From Adineta vaga (taxonomy: Eukaryota; Animalia; Rotifera), in assembly GCA_021613535.1 (NCBI GenBank), contig CP075492.1, positions 6,634,001 through 6,698,000 on the forward strand: a stretch of 64,000 bases of DNA, written 5' to 3'. Shown here piece after piece: positions 51,205 to 64,000 of this stretch (positions within the stretch are counted from its first letter, which is position 1; every line of letters starts with the position of its first letter). The translations under genes were made by a program, and so were the position numbers. A model generated the notes under the pieces. It worked only from the letters and a program-made list of their open reading frames with translations, made no database searches and was not told where the DNA came from.

Positions 51205-52966
51205 ATTCAAAGAAAATATCTATGTATAAAACACTGTCAAATTTCTTTCTTTTTATTACTGTTTCTGAACACACATATGTATTAGCAGCATTTCTTTATT
51301 ACAGGTTTTTATCTTCGTGTTAGTTTTTTTTCTCTTTCTCCTGTTTCATTATGAACGAACACCAAGAAAAACAGGCTACTATCAGACATTGAAATCTATG
51401 TGTGTTTGTGTGTGTACAGTTTTTCTCTTTCCTTATCTCTCTCTCTCTCTCTCTGTTTTGATCGAAAACATCAGAAGCAACTCTCTTTTTTTCCTCTTTT
51501 CTTTCTCATATTTCTGTATCATATAAACACCTGTAATTGCAAAATCCTCATATACTCCTTTCTGGCTGCTCTACTATATGTTCTTGCGACATTTTTTTTC
51601 TTGTTTTCGTTTTTTTTATAACAGACAGTCACTAATGTGAACAGGTCACTTCCAAGTGTCTGTTATTAATGGCTGAAATAAAACTTTTGTTCCATGATTA
51701 ATCGTGACAACATAGCGGAAGGATCATAGATTTTATTCTTCGACTAAATTTATTAAAAAAATATCATACTATGATTCACACAATATTCAAAAGATAAGGA
51801 AGTAGACAGACATGAGATGTACCACTTCTTATTTTTACATATATTTAGAAATTATAGTATTTGTCGCCAAGATCGTTGATCAGTTTGATTATTGAGTACA
51901 ACAATTATCTGATCAATGCGTAACATGGAATAGCAAGATATATAAGAAAAAGAAAAGATTCTTCTGAAGAATTCTGAAAATTAAACAGCTACGATATACA
52001 TGTGCATTCTATATTCATGTGATCATGACATGAATACGGATCGGATACACATGGATATCTATGTATGTGTTCTCAGATATACAGTATGTTTTACTAAGTT
52101 TTCTTTTATTGATTCAATGAACATAACTAACTTGAATGCAATACAACAGACCAAAATCAACATTTCTGATTAAAATAAAAAGACAGTTCTTTGTATATAG
52201 ATTTAGTTGATTTTCCTGACATATCACGATATGATGAATTCTAACCAAACACATGTTGAGTCAATTTAGCTTGAAAATATGCAGATATGTTCTATCAAAT
52301 TATTGTTTGAACATAGACTAAAATCAGCTGAACAATATATATATATATGTTGATTTCGAACAAAAGAAAACTATTGTAATGAATTTATTTCATATTTCAT
52401 TATAAATAAGATGTCAAAAACTTCTATCATTAGTTTTATTTTGTACGAAAATTAGTTTGTAAATGGATATGCACGCTCATACTTCAAAAACGAAATTCTT
52501 ATTTGTTCATCGAATGCTTTTACATGATCATGTTTTATACGATTTTATTTTACGATCTAAAACGATATAAGAAAGCAATGTATGATTCATTTTCTTTCGA
52601 TTCTTTCTGAAAGCTCTTTGTGTATACTTTTTGTTTATTAATATTTCAATAAGATGGAATCTTTACGAAAACATCACTTCCTTTTCGTCTTCTATTGGAA
52701 TCAAACCAACATCGAGATTACGAAGACGTTGATTCTTACTTTTCTCTTCTCTTCTGTTTTTTAATAAAAACTTTCTCATATTTTAGTCTATGATTTATCA
52801 ATATAATCTAGTAGAAGACATAGTAAGTTGCTTAAATTATTACGTAGTAATTAAATCAACAATTACTAATTCCCATTCCTTTTATTTTTTTTCTCAAAAA
52901 AAACACTCCTTATTTAAAATAAAGATAAAAACCCATCGATTAAATACATTAAAAAAAAAGAAGAGA

Positions 52967-54590
52967 TTATGCTGCTTGTTCGCCTGTAAACCAGTCGGGT
53001 ACTATTCCATTCTCTAGATATTTTTCACGAAGAATGGATTGAGATTCGATTGTATCCAAAGCACCGATAATTGAACCTAAATAAATGGACTCAATGATCC
53101 CAAATTCACACATATAGCAAGAAAAAATAACATACCTCCTAACCATGCTGTATAATTCAATTGCGATGGTGGAGAATGAAAATGAAATTCTCTTATTGCT
53201 AATTTATTTACATAGGTTGAAATATTAACTAGATAGTTTAATTCTGCATTAAGTCGATGTAAAAATCCAGGCATCATTGCTGTACCACCAATGACAAGAA
53301 TATTATCAGCAAATTGTCGACGAAGATCAAGAGAAGCCTAGCATGAAACAAATAAGATTGTTTTTTTTATCAGTGATAGTATTGTTCGAATTCTCACCTG
53401 GAGTAATGCATCGAGAATTAATGTAGCAACAGATTTACCGTCGATATCTTGTTCAAAAAGAACTTCACAAGCGAATTCTCTGTAATCAATTTTATATGTT
53501 TTCATTGATTAAGAAAGAGATTCTCAGTACCTGACAATGCCTGGAATATGAATGAGTGTTTCTGGACCTAATGGATATTCAATTGATGCAGCTTCTTTAA
53601 ATGTTCCATCAGAATTTGATTTGGAATAACTCTGTGCACGAGTAAATGGCGAAATAAAACAACAACGAACTAAAAGAGAAAACTTATAGAGTTTATTCCT
53701 TATAATACGTGATTATACCTTTGATATCTTCAAGAATATCTTCTGAAAGTTTTATATTAGCTTCCGTAAAGGTCTGTCGTCGTCCTTGATGTGTCACAGA
53801 ACCATGTTGTCCAAGAAGTGATTCGATTTGTCTGGAGGAAAATCATTTAATTATGATACGTTGCATCAATGCTTACTTATGAATCGCTTGACCAGCACAG
53901 GATAGACTATCAAATTGAACTGCTAATGGTACACCTTCAGCCACAGGCATGATTTGAGCTTCTTTATAACCAATATCAAGCACTAAAGCAGTACTTCGAC
54001 CTAATGTATACGTTGCGCCTAGATGTAAGGGAACAAATGCAAGAGATGATGCCTATAAAATAGAACAGTTTGTGACACTATCAACTTTCAATTGTTCGAA
54101 CAAACTTCAAATTGTTTTAATAATATATCTGCGAGTAAATGTCGGGTACGTGTGGGCGTAATTACTGATTCAACAATCACTACACGTCGTTCACGACAGT
54201 TGGCAATATTGTATCTAAACAGGATGATGATAAAACTTAGTGTTACAGTTAAGAAGCGACCTACTTATAATAGACTAAACGAATGAATTCCGTGAGACGA
54301 TCACGTAAACTAGCTAAATCTAAGTTCTCTTCAAAAACATGTTGTTCCTAAACAAAAGAAGATAATTATGATAGACTTTAAGAAAAATGTATCATTACCT
54401 TTCCTCGAATTGTAATCGTAGTTGGAACAATATGACGCGGTGAAGAATTTCCAGCAAAACCACATCTAAATTAATATTTGTCATATTTAATCAAAAACTA
54501 TTGATTCACTCACTTTGTATATGCATGTCCAATATCAATAACCACGGCTGTTTTTTCACTCGCAGCCAAACTGTCAATGAATGATGTCAT
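52967..54590 (-). CDS. ACTR10: Actin-related protein 10 (dynactin Arp11)
   Basis: EKTAVVIDIGHAYTK|CGFAG, RRVVIVES, LVIGGTAMMPGFLHRL, AWLGG and C-terminal VPDW. Confidence 0.92.
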
Positions 54591-54739
54591 TTATAAAATC
54601 TAGAATAATAATAATTATTTTTATTTCAACTAGAGTCTTAATAATCTACGTCCGTTGCACTAATAGATAAAAAGCAGGAAGTTATCAGAAGAAAAAAGTG
54701 TATATATTCACTACGTAGTTAAGTTGCACTTCAGAAATA

Positions 54740-55411
54740 ATGGCAAGAAACGAAGAAACAAAATTAAAAGATAATATGAGTACTCATCGTCGATTAAATA
54801 TTCAACATAAGATGGAAGAAAACAATCTTAAACAAGATCATTTATTAACTTTAAAATCCTACCAATATCGAGAAGGGATGTTTCATCAAAGGATTGATCA
54901 GCTGAAGAAGAACATCGAACGTATTCAACCTCATGTCGATAATGATATGAATGATCAACAAAAATTAAGAATACCAAATAATTTCGCACATATAAAAACG
55001 CAATTTCATCTTTTAAATATCTCAACTCAAACGCAAAAACGTCTGCTATGCCAAGTACCTGAATATAATAAGCCAAAAAAACAAAAAACGAATCATTTTC
55101 CATTGATTCCTCATCGAAGTCATACCAATGAAATCGACAAATGTTTGCAACGTCTGTCTTTCTTTCGAACACGTGCTCCAATTATCTATTCGTGTCAATC
55201 GAATTCAAATGATGAAAAAGTATTTCAAACATTTCTCAAGCAACAAATAGTGAATGAGCATAAAAATCAAAGAAACCATAATGAACGAAAAGCGATTCTT
55301 CTCAAAGAATTTGATCAACTTAAACATACCATCGACGACCCTCATTCTACTTCATCTGCATTAGCTGCTCTCTCTCGAGCACTTCTCGATTTAGAGTTTG
55401 GAACGAAATAA
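54740..55411 (+). CDS. Unknown protein (223 aa, probably coiled-coil)
   Basis: Intronless ATG ORF with charged helical composition, head-to-head with ACTR10 (149 bp). Confidence 0.6.
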   Translation: MARNEETKLKDNMSTHRRLNIQHKMEENNLKQDHLLTLKSYQYREGMFHQRIDQLKKNIERIQPHVDNDMNDQQKLRIPNNFAHIKTQFHLLNISTQTQKRLLCQVPEYNKPKKQKTNHFPLIPHRSHTNEIDKCLQRLSFFRTRAPIIYSCQSNSNDEKVFQTFLKQQIVNEHKNQRNHNERKAILLKEFDQLKHTIDDPHSTSSALAALSRALLDLEFGTK

Positions 55412-55589
55412 AAAGGAAAGACACTGATTTTTTTTGTTCCGCAAAACACGCTTGTATTTTTTCGATAAGATCTTATTAATCAAAATAACAAACAAATAAT
55501 ATTTAATTGTTATCTTCTTGTTTTTTCGTAATGTTCTGGTTGTTGTTGTTTTGATTACTGTGGTGATGATTGAAATATTTGATCGATTT

Positions 55590-56093
55590 CTAAGCCACTG
55601 ATTGAGCATTAGCAGCGATACGTGGCCATAAATCGGCACATTCTTTTGCTACTGGTCCGGTAATGGCTGAACCTTTCAATTCACCTTTGTTATTGACAAT
55701 AACGCCGGCATTATCTTCGAAGTAGATAAAGGTACCATCTTTTCGGCGAAATGGTTTACGTTGTCGAATAACGACGGCAGGCATGACTTTTTTACGTAAA
55801 TCTGGTTTGCCCTTTTTAATCGTTGCTAAGAAAAAAGAAAACCATATAGAATCGTCAAAATGATATTCAAAAAAAGTAATGAATTCGATCTAGGAATACT
55901 TACAAATGATCATATCGCCAACACAAGCAGCTGGTAATCGATTGAGTCGTGAACCGAAACCTTTAACTGAAATGACGAATAAGTTTTTTGCACCTGTATT
56001 ATCAGCACAATTGATAACTGCACCGACTGGTAAACCAAGTGAGATACGGAATTTACCACCTCCGACACCACCACGACCTCTTTTAGCCGACAT
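55590..56093 (-). CDS. RPL23: 60S ribosomal protein L23 (uL14)
   Basis: [24 protein letters not shown]...[30 protein letters not shown]. One intron at ~55828-55903. Confidence 0.98.
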
Positions 56094-56514
56094 GATGTTT
56101 GCTCAATATAGAAATCTAGAAATATGAACATTGATATTAAAACAAAACGAACATAAGATTGAAAATATTTCTTGTGTATATATCTACACGGACATACAAG
56201 GCAAAAACAAATAAAATGTATATACATGAACAAAACAACAATTGTTTTGTTTTGTTTATAACAACAAGAAAAAAAAGACAAGAATATCCAGTAGAGATTT
56301 TAACAAGACTGATTGTTATTAACAGTACCGAAGATGAAAGCGATAACAACAAAATAAAAAGATGACGAAGACAATCAATCGATACACACAATAAGAGTAT
56401 CACACAGATTTTGTTTCGATATCAATAATTATAGTTTTGTGAATCCATTTCAACATTCATGATGATGATAATAAGAATAAGAATAGATTTGGAAATAAAA
56501 GAATTTTAAGAGAT

Positions 56515-59500
56515 TCACATATTTGAAGTCGTAGTAATAGCATTTATTGTATTTGGATTTGTTAAACTTGGATTTTTTGAAATACGTTTCATGCGATAAT
56601 CATAAACATAACGACAAAAAAATATGTTTTGATTACCGACTGTTTTGGCCGGTAAAGGACGATGATGAACAGATGAAGTGTTTCTATTTAATAATAATTT
56701 CAATTGTCCAACACTTTCAGAATGTTCAAACAGATTCGGTGATGTTTCACGAACACAATAACTATATAACAGCGAGAAAGTTCTATTTGTAATCGAATCT
56801 TGCAAGAATACTTACCGATTATATTCATTTAAATTTAATACATAACATTTATCTTCAATGCATGCAACATTAACACAATCCCAATATTTCGATGCTAATA
56901 GTTCATTCGGTAAGAATCGTTCTTTAACACGCATTGAAAGTTCTGTATGTTCCGGATGATAATACCAAATCAATGACATTTGAATTTCACCTATTGAGAA
57001 TATCAAAATGTAAAAATCCATAAATGAAATGGGACAAATATGAATTACCCGATGTTGGTTCTTCCCAAAACCATTTCACTTTTGCTAAATATGGTGTAGC
57101 ACCATTACGTTTTTCACTATCAGGACGTAGGATAACGCAATCATTCGATTTAATCACATCTTTTTCTTTTATATGTCGAATTGATGAATAACATTCACGA
57201 AAGACTGGTGGTTTATCAGCCTGAAACGGAAAATGATGTTAAACTAAAGATAAGAAGACGAAATCAAAATCGAACTTACATGAATAGACACGAGTTGCTG
57301 TGAAGCTTTTCCAGATAAAATCCAATAATGTGAAATTTTCGTTTTCTTTCTTTTATTTGTCAATGATGATGTGATTGAAGTTGGTGAATATGATCGTTTT
57401 CGATTTATAGAGGATTTTGATCGTATTGGAATACATGAAGCTGAATTAGTACGTTTTCCGCGTAAACTCTGACGTGTAGGTAAAACAATAGTAGTAGAAT
57501 TGATTACTGCAGCTGACACACTTCGCCGTTTGGGTGAATGTCGAAGAACTTTCTGATCGTTAACAGATGAACGATTTGAAGTTAACGGAATAATATTTAT
57601 TTGATGATGATCTAATGCTTTTCTTGGCGATGTTATTTGAGTATTAACTGTACCGGAATTTTTATCATTGGTTGCTATATTAGATGTACTAAGATAAAAA
57701 ATGAAATCATGATCGTGTAGTCATACAATTTATGATATATTTTCTTTTTACTTGAATACTTTTGTTCCACCATTAACACGTCTTTTCACCGGTGAAGATT
57801 TTCTTCGGGTCGTTTTTCTTATTGTTCCATTTTCTTGATTAACATTCGATTTATTATTATTATTATTGATTGATAGATTTAATATATGATTATCTGTTGT
57901 TGCTAAAGTTTGTTGTTCTCTATGTACATCATTATTTACACTTAACGGTACAATTGTTTTCGTTTCAACAAATTGTTCTTTAAGATTAATTAAAGAACAA
58001 GATGGTTTATCGGATGATATCGGTATGGTTGTCGTTTTTGTACAATTTGAGGGGTTAAGTGGAGATGATAACTTCGGATTATGTATATGATGATGATGAT
58101 GTGTATGTAAATGAAACGTCAATGCTTCTTTTTTCGTTGTGGATAGTATGTCTGAATTTGGTTTACGACTCGGAATAATCGGTTTTGGGTTAGTATTAGA
58201 TGCCACCGGTTTTTTTGTTGATAATTTATTTGATGATGGTTGAAGTAATGAAGCTGATGACTGATATGACCAAGCTAAAAACAAAGAACACGAATGAAAA
58301 ATATGTCTAACTAGAGCAATTAATCGATATTCTCTTGAAATTATATAATAACAATTTAAGAAATAATCAATACGCAGAACACGCGAAAAAGCAAATAGGA
58401 AAAGTGTTGCAAGACTGTATGCGTGCGTAAATTTGTTCAAAGATCTACGTACCGGTAAATGTTTTTAATCGAAGTAAAAATATTCTTTTCTATCTACAAA
58501 AATTGAATAAGATAGTAATGAAAAAAGAGGATGTATATGAAAATTGAATATGCTATTTTCTTTTCAGGATTATTATATCACAGAAATAACAAAATAAAAT
58601 ATAAAATCTTTGTTTTCTTGATCATAAATCGAATTACTATTATCCAAAACTCAACTTGTTCTTATGTGATACAAAAAAAATGGCATTCCAATAAATATAA
58701 ATATTCACACAGATTTGGACAATTATCATACGCCAGTTATTGATTTGGTTGCTTACCCGGATATTGCCAACAAGGCAAAAGAGGATAGAATGAACGTAAA
58801 TCGAGAGCATAACCAGCTGAAGGAAAAAGAAAAGAAGGAGGTTGTGCAACATGATTTGTTATTGATTCTGCTGGAAGAATTGAATCAGTCATTGATGAAG
58901 CTAAAGTAAAGGAGATAATGAAATTTTTTTGTTGAAGAGAAACGAATATGATCATACTTGATATTTCTTTTGCATTTCCATGTGCTTTAGGAGATTGACT
59001 ATTTGTTGTATCATCAATGGATTCTATAGGAATTTCATGTGGCGATAATCGACCACATAAAGCTAATTCTTGTGTCCATTTAATCAAATTCTCATGTTTT
59101 ATTGTATGATATGAAGGTAATGCTTCATTTAAACGATCATGTTCTGCTAGAGTAGCTTCTGTTAACGATGCATATTTTATATTTACTGAAGATTCTTGAT
59201 TCGTTGATTTTATTGTTATCGCATGTGATGATTGAGTATGATCACTTTGATGCGAGACATTTGTTATCGATGGTACTGGAATAGAAAGTGATGGAACAAG
59301 TGGAATGTTAAATTTAAACGATTCAACAGTAGACTGTTGTTGTTGTTGTTCAGTTAGAGTATCATTTCTATTGTTAAGTCCACTTCTTGTACGTTGTCGC
59401 CGAATGATTGTTGTTGATTGTTTTTTAGTAATTGTATAATTACAACGGCTACGTTCAATTTCATTCTGTTGCATAATCATTGCTGATGCACGAGAACTGG

Positions 59501-59934
59501 CTTCTCGCCGGGTTCGTGTATGAAGATCTGTTTGTGCATGTTTTGTATCCGATTTTGACGAGACATTCGAAATTTTACGTTTTCGATCGGATGATGTTGT
59601 CTAAAGAAGAAGAGGAAATAGAATACTGAGAAACAGATTTATTCAAATGATTTCTTACATTTTTCGGAGAAGATTTTTTCGAGCTTGTTGCTTTTCTAGA
59701 TGGCGAAAGAATACTTGTACAATAATGAACTAAAGCTGCTGCAGTTAAACTTGAAAGACGTTTTTGTCTCGGCTGAGTAAGACTTGTAGAAGTGGATTCA
59801 ATATGACGCTTAGTTGGTGAACTTTTCTTTATGGACGTTTTTTTCGTTCGAGTTGAAAGAGATTTTTTCTTTGATTTCGATGGAGATATTGTTGGTGCAG
59901 CAATTACTTTTCCAGAGCGTGTACGTTGAGACAT
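56515..59934 (-). CDS. BAH-domain chromatin protein (BAHD1-like)
   Basis: Long basic/Ser-rich N-terminus; C-terminal BAH (DCVILR..PYLAKV..MSLIWYYHPEHT..ELLAS..ACIEDKCYVL..FFCRYVYD). Confidence 0.85.
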
Positions 59935-60734
59935 GTTGACAAGAGAAATGCTCACGTTTGAATTGTCTATGAATATGTACAATATTAGAGGATATTAGAT
60001 ATCCAAAATTTAGTAATGAAAATAGAATAAATAACAACGAAATATTACCATTGGACTCTCTTATGTGTCTTGAGGGTGTTTTATTGTTAAATATACATTA
60101 TTGAAGTAGACAATGAAACTATTTTTCTTAGTCATTTTTAAGAATTTTATTAATAATAATGATAATTTATTTGAAAATTTTCGTTAAGGAAATTATTGAT
60201 CGATGAATAGATGTCGCTACACATCGTGCATGGGCCACATGACTTGGGAATATTAACAGACAAAAAAAGGAATTATCATTCAGTATATTTCACATGTAAC
60301 AAACTGACAAGCGAAAGTTTAAGATGAAATATATCAGGAATACCATAAAACCAATGAATGCGATTCATATTACTGTAATTGTTATCAATTCAAAGAAGAT
60401 TATTTTTAAGAATATGGTTCAATCAGAAGAATGTCTTTTCTTCGATGAATTCTTTTTGATGATCACTTTATGTACATATGCTTTGTGTATTCATCTTCCC
60501 TTAAATAATGATGTATATCTTAATGATCTTTACATTTTCGAAACATAAGAACAAAATGTGTGAATTTTCCATTCTTTTCCTTTCCTTCTGTTTGATATAG
60601 ATCATTTCTCAGTTCATCAATCATAATTAGAAAATGGTAGCTATTCATCAATTATCAATGACAGACAAACAAAAATCATACAGATACACAATGCTTTATT
60701 AAGAGAGAAAAAAAACAAATCCTTTTTGAATAAT

Positions 60735-62055
60735 TTACAAAGATAATGATTTCTTCCATTCGACACCTTCCTCTGAAGAGAAAAGAAAAGGATAATATAG
60801 AAAAGTAAAATGATTGATCATTATCATCTTACCTTCTAATAATGCATTTGATCGACAAAAAATATCCGTATTTAAAAATGTTTCTGTTTGTTCGCATCTA
60901 ATCACCAATCGAAAATCTAATTGAGACTTTTTTAATTGATATCGAACAATTTTAGTCTTAGCATTCATTCCATCGAATGGATAAGATAATTCATTGTTGT
61001 CTAAATTTTAAAAAAATGATTGATGAACATTTCAGTTTCGATCGAATCTTATCTCACCAAATGCAATCAAATTGTTTATATGTTTAAGATGACATTGCTT
61101 AAGACGAGTGAGAATCAAATGAGGAAAACTGTCAGAAACGAGATAATTATGTACTCGTTGAATAATATGAGATCACCTACCGTTTCGAACGTGAATAAAG
61201 TTCTTCTTTGTTAATGCGAAAATAGATTGATGAGTTTTGAATAATGACATCAGAATGATGTACTTTTTTTTTCTTACACGAATAAAGAAGTGGATATGGA
61301 TGAATACATGATTGATCTTGATACGGAACTGTAAGGCGAGTTACACGAATGTAAAGATTAACGTTTTCTGAAAGAATTGAAGGAAGCTACAACAAGAATG
61401 ATATATATGAATTTTTGACTTGCTCATCTGTACTTACTGCAATGGTGATGTAACGACCATGTGTACCTTTAAGATATCGACCTGAGACATTTTTCTTCGT
61501 TTTCATTTTTGAATTAACAAGATTGTCATTAAGTGAAGAGTTTGCTATTTCACTGAGATATCGCACATGATAGAACGGTTCAGGTGGGTTGATAAATGAC
61601 AATGTAATAGTATGCTGAGGTTTGAAATCCAATGACACCTAATAGAAATGTCATTATTTGTAGAATATCGAGAAGAACTTACAGAAGCATTTGGAATGAC
61701 CGGTGGTTGCTTGTCATCGATAGAGGTTGATGATGAAATAGTACTTACTAAAGAAATGAAGAAATTCATGTGAGTGTTATTCATTAAACTGACTTACTCT
61801 GTTCAAGATTAGAATTAGATTTTTCTATGAAATCCTCGAATAATGTTGTATCTTGGTCATCGGTAAATAGATCAAATGGAACTAAATACAAACAATTTTC
61901 ATGAATTATGATTATAATTTCAGATGAAACTTACTGTCAATATCGACAAAATCCATCGAAAAAAGTTCATCATCATCTTCATTATCATTATCCAACCTAA
62001 TCAAAGTTGAATCGAAAAACATATCATGAAAAATTGGTGTTGTCTCGTATGCCAT
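60735..62055 (-). CDS. Divergent Rel-homology-domain-like protein with acidic N-terminus
   Basis: Spliced translation: acidic N-terminus, then FINPPEPFYHVRYLSE..YITIA|LPSILSENVNLYIRV..IHPYPL..FPHLIL..SQLDFRL..CRSNALLE. The gene model is solid; the family call is tentative. Confidence 0.6.
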
Positions 62056-62501
62056 TGATTATATATGATTGTTTAGTCGATGTTTAAAATCATATATATA
62101 TATATATATCATCACAAGAAAAAAAGAGTAGATCATTATCTTTTTTTGCACTGTTCATCTGTTAAATATAGATAAACGAATCAGAGAGCATGTCTATGCA
62201 TCTGATATTCGTTCACATTCTTTCTTTTCGTTGTTACAAACATGCAAATCTCTGTCTAGAGAAAAAGAACATATCATGAAGATGTTAACAATTAGTGAAA
62301 TAGATATTTAACTCTTGTGAAGCAATGATATTTAGACAATATCTACCATAATAGAGAATGTTTCAGTTCATTCTCAGGATTAAAGATACATATTGATAGT
62401 ATGAATCATTTATCAAGAAATTAGCAATATATTCTTTGAAGGAAGTTTTTATTTATAATGCAGCTAACTGAGTTGTTCATATTAACATGTTAGCTGATCG
62501 A

Positions 62502-62935
62502 TTAGCCAGAACTGGATGATGACAATGCAAATATTGATACCACACAATACCTAAGACAATCTAAAATATATAATTACATCTTCCAATCCATACGTCCTAC
62601 ATCGATTCATTTTCCCATCTAAATATCACAATATTACACTACCTTCTACATCAAACTTCACTTCAATTCACTTACTGAACAATTGTACTTCCATCAACTT
62701 CAAACTCCCATAAACAACCATTACTCATATGAACATATTCATCTCTCTTTGCAACAATCATTGCACTAACAATTGTACGAAATGACTGTTGAAGATCTAC
62801 TAATGATCGTTGACATAAATCAACAATTTGCCGAGTCCATTGATCAATATTTTCTTTCTTGTATTCATTTGTATTCAAGACGTTTTCGATTATAGTTCGA
62901 ATGAGTTCAGTAGTTTTTATGACATCGAAAGACAT
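62502..62935 (-). CDS. DYNLT: Tctex-1 family dynein light chain
   Basis: IIENVL..YKKENIDQW..CLWEFEVDGSTIVQ|WENESM|YCVVSIFAL. Includes an 18-nt micro-exon at 62601-62618. An upstream in-frame ATG exists at 63022. Confidence 0.88.
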
Positions 62936-63156
62936 GAAATATTTAAAAAATAAATAACAGAAGAAGAAGAAGAAGATGTTGGCGGTTTTTTGTTTATTCG
63001 AATACATTAGAGAAGATGACATCTCCTGAAAAAAAAGCAAGACAAAAGAATGCGTTTACGGTTGACTGAAGTTTTCGCTCATTGGTTACTCTTGAATCAA
63101 TCGATTGCCTAATATTATCACCGTTTTCATTTCATTCATTCATTGATTTCTAAGAA

Positions 63157-64000
63157 ATGTCTCGCCGTACAAAGGTCTTATTTTTTTCATCAGCATGTGC
63201 TTTAATTATTTATTTGCTTCGTCGTTATCGTCGATATTTGATTCTGAAACGAAAACTTCAAAGATCTGATTCAGCGAATAAACGATTTTATCATCAATTA
63301 CTTCGGCTTCTTCCGATCCTTATTCCACGATTACGAAGTGATTCATGTGCTTTATTAGCAATATATTTGACAACACTTGTTTCTCGAACATTTCTTTCTA
63401 TATCTATTGCACATATCGATGGTTCTATTGTCAAATCTTTAGTTCAACGAAATCATCGTGATTTCCTTCGTACTATTGGTATTTTTCTACTTGTTTCTAT
63501 CCCTGCTAGTTTTATTAATAGTTTCATTCGATTTGTTGAATCGAAACTTGCACTAGCATTTCGAACGAAATTAACTCATCATGCGTATGCCGCTTACTTC
63601 CGGGTAAATATCCTTCTTTCAAATACTATCGTTAACGAAAACATATTCATTTAGAATCAAACCTATTATCGTATATCAAATTTAGATACTCGTTTATTAA
63701 CACCAGATCAAAATCTAACGGATGATATTGAAACATTTACAACAACATTGACACATCTTTTTTCTCACTTAACAAAACCATTTCTTGATGTAGCACTTAT
63801 TTCATGGACGCTTGTGGTAATGGTTCAACAAAAACAAACGGCACGAGGTCTTAAAGGTAGCTTCCAATATAAAGCAAATCTTGAATAATCATTAACCTAG
63901 TGTTTTTCTTTTGCTAAACAGAAGTTCCTGTTTTAACAATAGTGGTTATTCTTTTGACGTTCTGGGCTCTTCGAAAACTTTCACCACGTTTCGGTAAACT
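63157..64000 (+). CDS. ABCD: Peroxisomal ABC half-transporter (ABCD1/2-like), 5' part; runs off the window
   Basis: [35 protein letters not shown] and [26 protein letters not shown]. Confidence 0.9.

Noticed and set aside
51317-51621. Hydrophobic ORFs after RanBP9/10
   Set aside because: T/CT-rich 3' UTR sequence that yields spurious Phe/Leu runs.

Overview
AT-rich (~30% GC by eye), gene-dense eukaryotic DNA with many short (~45-80 nt) GT-AG introns. Gene content (an intronless ART-like/TPR protein, lineage-type F-box/LRR genes, metazoan housekeeping genes) points to a bdelloid rotifer-like animal; this is an inference. About 23 genes are readable: ART-like/TPR, F-box/LRR, Shroom (with a nested antisense membrane-protein ORF), two DDIT4/scylla paralogs, Fer/Fes kinase, GCHFR, LIS1, TMEM127, a Kir channel, a small single-pass protein, a potato-I protease inhibitor, a PWWP protein, a FAM166-like protein, DCX-EMAP, RanBP9/10, ACTR10, an orphan ORF, RPL23, a BAH protein, a divergent Rel-homology-like protein, Tctex-1 and the 5' part of an ABCD transporter. 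There is also an F-box pseudogene. GCHFR and the protease inhibitor are absent from the ORF track. Most notable: operon-like co-directional gene pairs with orphan splice acceptors (Fer->GCHFR only 38 bp apart), a 448-bp near-identical tract between otherwise diverged DDIT4 paralogs, a catalytically degenerate ART-TPR, a stand-alone Rel-homology-like protein, a Kir lacking canonical PIP2 residues and a possibly membrane-anchored RanBP9/10. No rRNA, tRNA or CRISPR features were recognised. All alignments were done by eye from remembered family motifs.
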